Assembly (NCBI GenBank): GCA_903921325.1
Contig: CAIXPL010000028.1
Coordinates: 9,829 to 73,828 of the forward strand
From: an uncultured Pseudomonadota bacterium
GTDB lineage: Bacteria; Pseudomonadota; Gammaproteobacteria; Burkholderiales; SG8-39
Reading direction: 5' to 3'
DNA length: 64,000 nucleotides
The notes below the pieces were generated by a model. That model was not told where the DNA came from and did no database searches. It saw only the letters and a list, made by a program, of their open reading frames with translations. The first letter of the stretch is position 1, and the number at the start of each line of letters is the position of its first letter. Of this stretch, positions 17,392 through 25,146 are shown piece after piece. The translations under genes were made by a program, and so were the position numbers.

Positions 17392-18306
17392 CTAAGCGCG
17401 CTTGAACGAGTTGTAGACCATACGGGTGAAATTGCGTGCGATCTCCTCGGTAGCCGCCCAGGTCGCGTCCAGATCAGCCAGCGGGCGCATCGCAACCACT
17501 TCTGCCTCTGACTTGCCTTCCTTTACCAGTCGGCGAATCCGGTCGTGCGCGGTGACCAGCATGCGATGAAACTGCACGACATCGGCACGGCGGGCTAGCC
17601 CGCCATGGCCGGGAATGATCTGCGTGTCGTCATTGGCGATCCGCAAGTACGCTTCATTGGCGCGAATCATTCCGCGAATATCCCCGCCGTTGGCAAAATC
17701 AATCGTCTGATAGCGCTTGGTATTATTGAAAGTATCACCGGTGCACAGGACATTGGCGTCGGCAAAGAATACCCAGGTGTCACCATCGGTATGGGCGTTG
17801 TTCACATGAGTGAGCATGGCGACGCGGCCGCCTGCCGCCACGGTGCGCGATCCGCCGATGTAGGTTTCTTTCGGTATGGCACCCGGCGCCACGGGCGGTG
17901 CGGCGATGCCGGTAATACCATTGGTCGTGCCGGCACTGAGACGCAGCCGGATATTGTCCTGCGCCACGACGGTCACCCCGTCGGCCTGAAACGGACCGTT
18001 TCCTCCGACATGGTCACCATGGAAGTGGGTGTTGATGAGATATTTGATCGGCAGTGGCGAGACTGCCGTAATGGCAGCCTTCAGCTTGTCATGCATGGGT
18101 GCAAACTGACCATCGACCATGATGATCGCGTCGTTGCCGACTGCCACGGTGACATTGCCACCCTGTCCGATCAGCATATAGGTGTTGTGGCCGAGATCAA
18201 CTGTCTTGACCTCCACCTTGTCCCAATCAATCGATTGCTGCGCCCAAACCTCCGACCCCGCAAGTAGTGAGGTAAGTGCCACCAAGGCAGCGATCAGTTG
18301 TCTCAT
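17392..18306 (-). CDS. Secreted MBL-fold metallo-hydrolase
   Basis: ORF trimmed to MRQLIAALVALTSLLAGSEVWAQ (ATG 18306, GGAGA upstream). Metal motif NTHFHGDHVGGN (HxHxDH). Confidence 0.85.
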   Translation of the reverse strand: MRQLIAALVALTSLLAGSEVWAQQSIDWDKVEVKTVDLGHNTYMLIGQGGNVTVAVGNDAIIMVDGQFAPMHDKLKAAITAVSPLPIKYLINTHFHGDHVGGNGPFQADGVTVVAQDNIRLRLSAGTTNGITGIAAPPVAPGAIPKETYIGGSRTVAAGGRVAMLTHVNNAHTDGDTWVFFADANVLCTGDTFNNTKRYQTIDFANGGDIRGMIRANEAYLRIANDDTQIIPGHGGLARRADVVQFHRMLVTAHDRIRRLVKEGKSEAEVVAMRPLADLDATWAATEEIARNFTRMVYNSFKRA

Positions 18307-18518
18307 GATAATTATTCTCCGATGGTAGCGATTTCGCACACGAAGTCCGGTGGCCAGTCACCCTGTCGGACCTCGCGCGGCTGGCAAGCGATGCAGCCAG
18401 CTCTGCACCGTGACAGCCGGCACCGTGCGCCCTCTGTCGACCGCGCGCCCAAGGGTATCAGTTTGCCCTCGAATCCGGCTTCGGAATCGGGTAGGCATAG
18501 ACAATTGAAAAGGTCCAT

Positions 18519-18537
18519 AATGAGAATCATTCTCATT
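18519..18537. promoter_or_regulatory. Fur box upstream of feoA
   Basis: AATGAGAATCATTCTCATT is a perfect 19-bp palindrome. It closely matches the canonical Fur box GATAATGATAATCATTATC and lies 16 nt upstream of the first possible feoA start. Confidence 0.8.
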
Positions 18538-18552
18538 GTCACCCGCACCTAA

Positions 18553-19074
18553 ATGCGTGTACCCCACTCTCCTCCAATGGGTCAGCCGGTTTCGGCTACG
18601 GGCAGTTGCGTCTCCCCTGCCCCCCAATTTCCGGCTTCGGGCGGGGGCGAACCGGCGCGGGCGATTCCATTGAGCGCGGTGGCGATCGGGCAAACCGTCA
18701 TCGTGCAGCAGGTGAATCTTGCTCATGCGCAGGCCGAGGTCGGTGATGTGGGATTGCGACTGTTGGAACTGGGTTTCATCGCTGGCGAGCAGCTGCGCGT
18801 CGTTGCGACGGGCTTTCCGGGCCGAGAGCCGATTGCGGTTCGTATCGGCAACACTACGTTCGCTTTGCGTCGCTTTGAAGCCGATCACGTCCTGGTGCTA
18901 CCAGCCGACTTGGGTGCTGACAACGCCAACGTGGGTGCCGGACCGAATGCCGGACCGAATGCCGGACCGAATGCCGGACCGAATGCCGGATCGAATGCCG
19001 GATCGAATGCCGGATCGAATGCCGGATCGGAGCCGCGTGCGGGTGCAGGACCAAACCGCGGGGCGCAACGATGA
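18553..19074 (+). CDS. feoA: FeoA-family ferrous iron transport protein with repetitive C-terminal tail
   Basis: FeoA SH3-like core IGQTVIVQQVNL..GLRLLELGFIAGEQLRVV..PIAVRIGNTTFALRRFEADHVLV is followed by (GPNA)4(GSNA)4. The stop overlaps the feoB start (ATGA at 19071). The true start is uncertain (18553 or 18577). Confidence 0.75.
   Translation: MRVPHSPPMGQPVSATGSCVSPAPQFPASGGGEPARAIPLSAVAIGQTVIVQQVNLAHAQAEVGDVGLRLLELGFIAGEQLRVVATGFPGREPIAVRIGNTTFALRRFEADHVLVLPADLGADNANVGAGPNAGPNAGPNAGPNAGSNAGSNAGSNAGSEPRAGAGPNRGAQR
18937..19029. repeat. In-frame 12-bp tandem repeat in the feoA 3' end
   Basis: GCCGGACCGAAT x4, then GCCGGATCGAAT x3 plus a partial copy. Confidence 0.95.
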
Positions 19075-20957
19075 GCGTGTCGACGAGCTTGCCGTTTCGC
19101 GTGGCGCTGCTCGGTAACCCGAATTGCGGCAAGACCGCCCTGTTTAATTTGCTGACCGGCAGTCGTCAGAAGGTGGCGAACTATGCCGGTGTGACCGTTG
19201 AACGCAAAGAGGGTTTCTTTGAAGACCGTGCAGGGCGTGTGATCCGAGTGCTGGATCTGCCCGGTGCCTACAGTCTTAATCCACTCAGTGAAGACGAAGC
19301 CATTACCCGCGATGTCATTCTCGGACTGAGTGCTGGCGAGCTGCGACCCGATCTGATCGTCTGCGTCGCCGATGCAACCAATCTGCGCCTCAATTTGCGT
19401 CTGGTGATCGAGGTGAAGCGACTGGGCCTGCCGACGGTGCTCGCGCTGAACATGGTCGATATGGCGGCGCGGCGCGGTGTGGAAATCGACTTGGCGGTTC
19501 TCGAACGCGAACTGGGTGTGCCGGTGGTGCGTACCGTGGCCGTCAAGCGCGACGGTGCAATCGATCTCGCCCAATTGATCGGGAGCCAGGCCGAGTTGCA
19601 AGTCAAATCCGGGGCACTGGCAATGCACTCACCGGGCACCACGCAGGCCGAGGTGAACGCTGCGCAGCACGAAGTACGCCGCATCATGGCCGCGGCCGTG
19701 CGCGAACCCGAGAATGAATTAAGAATTGACGACGCGCTTGACCGTGTCATTTTGCATCCGGCATGGGGACCGCTGGTTCTGGTCGTCACGCTATTCCTGA
19801 TGTTTCAGGCGGTCTTCCAGTGGGCGCGTCTACCCATGGAGTGGATAAAGGAAGGCGTCGATCTGATCGGCGTTCTGCTCACCGGTGCCTTGCCTGAGGG
19901 CATTCTGCGCAGCCTGCTGGTGGATGGCGCGCTGGCAGGCGTGGGCAGCGTCCTCGTGTTTTTACCGCAGATCCTGATTCTGTTCCTGTTCATCCTTGCC
20001 CTGGAGGACTCGGGCTACCTGCCACGGGCGGCCTTTCTGCTCGACCGCCTGATGGGCACGGTAGGTCTGTCTGGCCGATCGTTCATCCCCTTGCTGTCCA
20101 GTTTTGCCTGTGCCGTACCGGGCATCATGGCCACGCGTAGCATCAGCAGTTGGCGCGACCGGTTGACCACCATCATGATCGCGCCGCTCACCACATGTTC
20201 GGCAAGATTGCCGGTCTACACCCTGATCATTGGGGCTTTCATTCCGCAACGTTCCGTGCTTGGCTATCTTGACTTGCAGGGTGTGGTGCTCTTCGTGCTC
20301 TATCTGGCTGGCATCGTGGGTGCAATGGCAGTGGCATGGGTACTCAAGCTCGTGAACGGGCGCACCTTGCTGCACCCGTTACTGATGGAGTTGCCATCCT
20401 ATCGCTGGCCCAACTTGCGCAATCTGGGGCTTGGTCTGTTGGAACGGGCGCGCATTTTTCTCACCCGGGTAGGTACGATCATTCTTTCGTTGTCGATCGT
20501 TCTATGGTTTCTGGCATCTTTTCCAGCGGCACCCGCGAACGCAACCGAACCGGCCATTCAATACAGCCTGGCCGGAATTCTGGGGCGTGCCGTCGAACCT
20601 CTGCTCGCACCAATCGGCTTCAACTGGCAGATCTGCATCGCACTGATTCCGGGTCTTGCCGCACGGGAAGTGGCCGTGAGTACACTGGGGACTGTCTACG
20701 CGTTGTCTGCAACCGGCGACAACATGGCCGAACAATTGGCGCCGATGATTGCCCACGGCTGGTCGATGGCAACCGCCTTTGCGCTGCTGGCCTGGTACGT
20801 ATTTGCGCCGCAATGCATCTCGACGCTGTCGATCGTCAAGCGTGAAACCAATGGCCTGCGCTATCCCCTTATCATGGCCGGCTATCTTTTTGCGCTCGCC
20901 TACCTCGCCGCGTTCATCACCTACCGCGTGACGCTCGCGCTGACCGCAGGGGCCTGA
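19071..20957 (+). CDS. feoB: Ferrous iron transporter FeoB
   Basis: N-terminal G-domain LLGNPNCGKTALFNLLTG..VLDLPGAYSL followed by a polytopic membrane domain; 628 aa. Confidence 0.95.
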   Translation: MSVSTSLPFRVALLGNPNCGKTALFNLLTGSRQKVANYAGVTVERKEGFFEDRAGRVIRVLDLPGAYSLNPLSEDEAITRDVILGLSAGELRPDLIVCVADATNLRLNLRLVIEVKRLGLPTVLALNMVDMAARRGVEIDLAVLERELGVPVVRTVAVKRDGAIDLAQLIGSQAELQVKSGALAMHSPGTTQAEVNAAQHEVRRIMAAAVREPENELRIDDALDRVILHPAWGPLVLVVTLFLMFQAVFQWARLPMEWIKEGVDLIGVLLTGALPEGILRSLLVDGALAGVGSVLVFLPQILILFLFILALEDSGYLPRAAFLLDRLMGTVGLSGRSFIPLLSSFACAVPGIMATRSISSWRDRLTTIMIAPLTTCSARLPVYTLIIGAFIPQRSVLGYLDLQGVVLFVLYLAGIVGAMAVAWVLKLVNGRTLLHPLLMELPSYRWPNLRNLGLGLLERARIFLTRVGTIILSLSIVLWFLASFPAAPANATEPAIQYSLAGILGRAVEPLLAPIGFNWQICIALIPGLAAREVAVSTLGTVYALSATGDNMAEQLAPMIAHGWSMATAFALLAWYVFAPQCISTLSIVKRETNGLRYPLIMAGYLFALAYLAAFITYRVTLALTAGA

Positions 20958-20958
20958 C

Positions 20959-21333
20959 ATGGTGCAGACGCTGATCGTTGGATTGATCGTAGTGGCGGCA
21001 TTGTTCTACAGCGCCGGTTTGCTGCTGCCCGCTGCGCTGCGCGGTCGACTGATCGGCGCGCTGCTTGCGCGATTGCCGCTGCGTCCTCGCTGGCTGGTTC
21101 GCCTGAGTGAACCCTCTGCGCTCAGCGGATGCGGCAGTTGCCATGCCTGCACCCCGGATCACCCTGTAGCAGGTGCAATCGAAACTGCTGCGCCGACAAA
21201 AAGTTCTGGCACGAGCGCATCCGTCTCACCCGCAGTTCGTTCAAGGCCCAGCGGATTCGCAAGCAGTCAACAATCGGTGCAGCTACCCTGGCTGCGCCAG
21301 ACCCAGGCCCGCGCCGATCAGGAACCGCGATAG
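20959..21333 (+). CDS. Small Cys-containing membrane protein following feoB (FeoC-position accessory protein, DUF6587-like from memory)
   Basis: It starts 1 nt after the feoB stop, with an N-terminal TM helix MVQTLIVGLIVVAALFYSAGLLL and a GCGSCHAC motif. The C-terminal ~50 aa are low complexity and overlap the convergent uraH by 16 nt. Confidence 0.5.
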   Translation: MVQTLIVGLIVVAALFYSAGLLLPAALRGRLIGALLARLPLRPRWLVRLSEPSALSGCGSCHACTPDHPVAGAIETAAPTKSSGTSASVSPAVRSRPSGFASSQQSVQLPWLRQTQARADQEPR

Positions 21334-21671
21334 GTGGAATAAGCCCATGGGCTTACCAGCAACGGCACGTGATAGTGCCCCGTCGGATCGCTGATACCGA
21401 AATCAATCGGCACCACGTCCAAGAACGCTGGATCAGGCAATGTCGTACCGCGTCCGCGGAAATACGCCGCCACTTCAAATAACAGCCGATAGCGCCCGGC
21501 TGCCATTGCTGCCGCATCGAGCAGAGGGCTGTCGCAGCGGCCATCCGCATTCAGCACCCGTTCGGTCACGGTAAGGTTGCCTTGAGCGCCCAGGCGCAGC
21601 AGCGTCACCTTCATGCCCGCGGCGGGCCCGCCAGCCACGGTATCCAACACATGTGTACTCAGATGACCCAC
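21318..21671 (-). CDS. uraH: 5-hydroxyisourate hydrolase (transthyretin-like)
   Basis: N-terminal STHVLDTVAGGPAAG, YHVPLLVSPWAYSTYRGS with the diagnostic C-terminal YRGS; 117 aa. Confidence 0.9.
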   Translation of the reverse strand: MGHLSTHVLDTVAGGPAAGMKVTLLRLGAQGNLTVTERVLNADGRCDSPLLDAAAMAAGRYRLLFEVAAYFRGRGTTLPDPAFLDVVPIDFGISDPTGHYHVPLLVSPWAYSTYRGS

Positions 21672-21770
21672 CGTGCGATCCTCTCGATAGATGGCCTGTG
21701 ACGGCCAACGCCCCTAGTCCGGCGAACGTAAAACAGGGGGCATTCGGCTCTGGTGAACCCAATGCCAGAG

Positions 21771-21812
21771 ACCGGACACCGGACACCGGACACCAGACAC
21801 CAGACACTCGAC
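21771..21812. repeat. Tandem heptamer array (ACCGGAC)x3 (ACCAGAC)x2 + degenerate ACTCGAC
   Basis: Read directly from the sequence. It is intergenic, just after the stop (21814-21816) of the NHL gene and about 100-140 bp upstream of the uraH start. Confidence 0.9.
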
Positions 21813-21813
21813 G

Positions 21814-22926
21814 CTATTGCGGCGAACGTAAAACCAGCTTTTGCACGCGCCAGTTAAGCAACTCACCGACGTAGAGTGTATTTTCATTCGGGCAGGCAAT
21901 GCCATGGATCCAGCCAAATTGCTTCATCTGCTTGCCCGCCTGTCCCAATACGCCGAGCACCTGACCGTCGAGTGTCATTTTGTAGATGCGCCCCGGATAG
22001 GCATCGGAGGCAAACAGCACCTGCTCTGGCCCCGGGGTGATACACAGCACCCAGGGTGAACCGGGCATCATCAGCTTGTTGGCGAGCGCCGGACTGTCGG
22101 CCTTGCTGACATCGGGCTTGGCGCCAATCGCCGGACGAATCGAAGCGTCAAAAGGCACGTCGATTTTCATGATCCGCAGCAGATTGCCCTCACCGTCAAA
22201 CACCTGGATGCGGCGATTGCCGCGATCGGCCACGTAAACATTGCCCTTGGCATCGGCCGCGATGCTGTGCGGGGTATGGAGCTGCCCCGGCTCGCTGCCG
22301 CGATCACCCCAGGACTTGATCCAGTTGCCGTCTTTATCAACCTTGGCGACCCTTGAATTGATATAACCGTCGCTGATGTAGGTGTTGCCTTGCGGGTCAA
22401 ACGCCATGTCGGTCACCTGGCGGAAGCGGCCGTCATCGGCAGGCAACGGCGGCACCGGATGTTCAAGCGGTGCCGTTTCCCGATCCGACGATTCTTGCTT
22501 GCGGCCGAACACCATGCGAACGCGGCCCTTCGGATCAAAACTCACCACCATATCCGAGCCCTTGTCGGTCACCCAGATATTGTCGTCGCGATCCACCCGC
22601 ACCATGTGGGCGAACGACCAGGCGTAGAGCCCTTTGCCGATTTCGCGCAGGTAACGACCCTTGGCATCGAATTCGAGCAATTGCGTTGCCGCCGCTGCGT
22701 AGGCCGGCCCAGAGGTATTGCCACGATGCAAGACAAACAGATGGCCTTTGGAGTTGACCGCCACCCCGCTCACTTCGCCCAGATACATGTCCTTGGGCAG
22801 CTGCACCGCATTGGGCACCGAATCAAATGGAATCGTCGGAACGGATTGCGCCTGGGCCGGTGCACACAGATGTAGTGATCCAAGCACCAGGCTCAATGCG
22901 AGCGCGCGAGAATGAACAATCTTCAT
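21814..22926 (-). CDS. Secreted NHL-repeat six-bladed propeller, peptidyl-alpha-hydroxyglycine alpha-amidating lyase (PAL)-like
   Basis: ORF trimmed to MKIVHSRALALSLVLGSLHLCAPAQAQ (ATG 22926, GGAGA upstream). ISDGYINSRVAKVDKDGNWIKSWGDRGSEPGQLHTPHSIAADAKGNVYVADRGNRRIQVF mirrors the ADGYCNSRI..QWG..PGQF.VPHS..VADRENGRIQ.F pattern of PAL domains. Confidence 0.7.
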   Translation of the reverse strand: MKIVHSRALALSLVLGSLHLCAPAQAQSVPTIPFDSVPNAVQLPKDMYLGEVSGVAVNSKGHLFVLHRGNTSGPAYAAAATQLLEFDAKGRYLREIGKGLYAWSFAHMVRVDRDDNIWVTDKGSDMVVSFDPKGRVRMVFGRKQESSDRETAPLEHPVPPLPADDGRFRQVTDMAFDPQGNTYISDGYINSRVAKVDKDGNWIKSWGDRGSEPGQLHTPHSIAADAKGNVYVADRGNRRIQVFDGEGNLLRIMKIDVPFDASIRPAIGAKPDVSKADSPALANKLMMPGSPWVLCITPGPEQVLFASDAYPGRIYKMTLDGQVLGVLGQAGKQMKQFGWIHGIACPNENTLYVGELLNWRVQKLVLRSPQ

Positions 22927-22956
22927 AAGTGTCTCCTGTCGATGTGACACGCCCGC

Positions 22957-24204
22957 TCAGGCACGCCGGACCATGGTGGGTTTCAGATCGTGGATGGTCG
23001 GCGCACCGACTTGCTGCATGATGCCATGCAACTCGATACGCAGCAGTTCGAGCACGCGCTCGACACCGGCCTGGCCGAAGGCACCCAGCCCCCACAGATA
23101 CGGGCGACCAATGCATACCCCGGTGGCGCCCATCGCCAGCGCTTTCAGAATGTCGGTGCCGCGACGGAATCCTGAGTCGATGTAGACCGGAATGCGGCCC
23201 TTCACGGCCTCGACAATCTCGGGCAAGGCATCGATGGTGGAACGACCCGAGTCCTCACTGCGAGCGCCATGATTGGACACTATGATCGCATCGATTCCTT
23301 CATCGGCCGCCTTTACCGCGTCCTCCCACGCGAGGATGCCCTTGAGGACCATTTTCATTTTGGTGACCTCGCGCAAGCGGCGAATGTAATCCCAGGTGAG
23401 CGCCGAGGCCTGAATATTCTGCAAGCCACTCAAATCAACGCCATCATAGATTGGATTCTTGCGCAGACTCGCCGCCAGACTGCTGTTGTCATGGCAGCCC
23501 GCACAGACGCGCGTGTCGGTTGCGCGTAACCGGAAGAAGGTTTCCTGATTGCGTCCACCACTGCGATCCACCGTGACCGCCACCGCATGGCAACCGGCAT
23601 TTTCAGCTCGCTTCACATGATGGGCCGCCACGTCGAACTTGTTGGTCGCGTAGAGCTGAAACCAGATCGGCTTGCCGCGCGCGGCCATGACATCCTCGAC
23701 TGAAATCGAGGATTGGGTCGACAGGATCTGCAAGTGGTCGCCACCGCGTGCGGCACGGGCGACTGCCAGTTCGCCGTCCGGGTCGTAGGCGCGCTGGCCA
23801 CCGGTCGGCGCAATAATGATCGGCGAATTGAACTTGGTACCGAGAAAATCAACGCTGGTATCGATCTTTGACACATCGACCAGCCGACGCGGGCGCAACT
23901 GAAATTTCAAAAACCCTTCACGATTGGCGCGCAGGGTCACCTCGTCATCAATACCCGAAGCCATATAACCAAAATGACCCGGCGGCACGTTTTGCCGCAT
24001 GACGGGTTCGAAATCGAAGACGTTAATGGCGTCCTTCGGACTCTTGATGAGGCTATTGGGATCAAGCGGCGCCCAGGTAATCGGATCGCTCAATTTGGTC
24101 TTTGGCAGCAAGGTCTCGGCCATCGCCCAATTGCCCGCAACGAGCGGGCTGGCGGCAAGAAATTGCAGCAGTCTGCGCCGGCTCTGCGGCTGGTCTGTAT
24201 GCAT
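22957..24204 (-). CDS. FMN-dependent alpha-hydroxy-acid oxidase/dehydrogenase with twin-arginine signal peptide
   Basis: ORF trimmed to ATG 24204 (AGGAGGGG upstream). Tat-type leader MHTDQPQSRRRLLQFLAASPLVAGNWAMA, and the glycolate-oxidase/LldD family motif IIVSNHGARSEDSG..DSGFRRGTD. Confidence 0.8.
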   Translation of the reverse strand: MHTDQPQSRRRLLQFLAASPLVAGNWAMAETLLPKTKLSDPITWAPLDPNSLIKSPKDAINVFDFEPVMRQNVPPGHFGYMASGIDDEVTLRANREGFLKFQLRPRRLVDVSKIDTSVDFLGTKFNSPIIIAPTGGQRAYDPDGELAVARAARGGDHLQILSTQSSISVEDVMAARGKPIWFQLYATNKFDVAAHHVKRAENAGCHAVAVTVDRSGGRNQETFFRLRATDTRVCAGCHDNSSLAASLRKNPIYDGVDLSGLQNIQASALTWDYIRRLREVTKMKMVLKGILAWEDAVKAADEGIDAIIVSNHGARSEDSGRSTIDALPEIVEAVKGRIPVYIDSGFRRGTDILKALAMGATGVCIGRPYLWGLGAFGQAGVERVLELLRIELHGIMQQVGAPTIHDLKPTMVRRA

Positions 24205-24428
24205 GCTGTGTCCCCTCCTGATTGAACTCGCATGGTAATCCCAGATTCCGCATCCGTCCTTTCGCATTGCATCATGGCGATGGTTGCCCGCACTTGCTCA
24301 GGCAACATTGACACCGCCGGATCATGCTCCCGTGTAGCGCCTCCCAGGGCACGGCTGCAGACTTGCAGCGGGCGATCTGCGCTACGATCAATCGCCCGCT
24401 ACCCCCTGATTGCAACCATGGAGTACCA

Positions 24429-25121
24429 ATGATGGCCGTGCGCGCGGTAGTCTTTGATGCTTTTGGCACCTTGTTTGATGTCTATTCGATAGGGCAGATG
24501 GCCGAGGCGTTCTATCCGGGCCTCGGCAGTTCGATTGCAAGCGTGTGGCGTGACAAGCAGATTGAATACACCCGCATCGTGACGATGTCTGACCCGCACC
24601 GCCCCGGCGGCAGTCGACATTACCTGCCCTTCGATGAAATCACCCGGCGATCGCTGCAACACACCCTGGCGCGACTCGGCATCAAGGACAGTGCGGCGGC
24701 CGAGCAGGCGTTAATGAACCAATATTTGATGTTGCCGCCCTTTCCTGAGGCCGCTGACGTCGTGCGCTCGCTGCGCGCTCGCGGTGTCCAAACAGCCATT
24801 CTCTCCAACGGCAACAGCGCCATGCTGACCCCACTGCTTGCCCATTCGAATATGACCGACTTGTTTGATCCGGTGATATCGATTGATGCGATTGGGCTAT
24901 ATAAGACAGCGCCGGAGAGTTACCGCTTGGTTGACAGTCAAATGGGCCACCCTGCGCGTGAAATCCTCTTTGTGTCGAGCAATGCCTGGGATGCGCTGGC
25001 AGCGACCTGGCATGGGTTCACCACCCTGTGGGTCAATCGACAGGGCATGCCTTTTGAGACCCTCGGTGAACCCCCGACGTACTCAGGAGCAAGTCTGACC
25101 CGGGTGCTCGAAGTGATTTAA
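24429..25121 (+). CDS. Haloacid dehalogenase type II (HAD superfamily)
   Basis: ORF trimmed to ATG 24429 (GGAG 5 nt upstream). Motifs are VVFDAFGTLFDV (nucleophilic Asp), ILSNGN and VSSNAWD. Confidence 0.8.
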   Translation: MMAVRAVVFDAFGTLFDVYSIGQMAEAFYPGLGSSIASVWRDKQIEYTRIVTMSDPHRPGGSRHYLPFDEITRRSLQHTLARLGIKDSAAAEQALMNQYLMLPPFPEAADVVRSLRARGVQTAILSNGNSAMLTPLLAHSNMTDLFDPVISIDAIGLYKTAPESYRLVDSQMGHPAREILFVSSNAWDALAATWHGFTTLWVNRQGMPFETLGEPPTYSGASLTRVLEVI

Positions 25122-25146
25122 TCAGCCGGCATGAAGGTGTTGCCAA

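Noticed and set aside
20959-21333. The gene after feoB as a classical FeoC (winged-helix, 4-Cys)
   Set aside because: The protein starts with a transmembrane helix and has no winged-helix-like sequence. It was kept only as a small Cys-containing membrane accessory protein.
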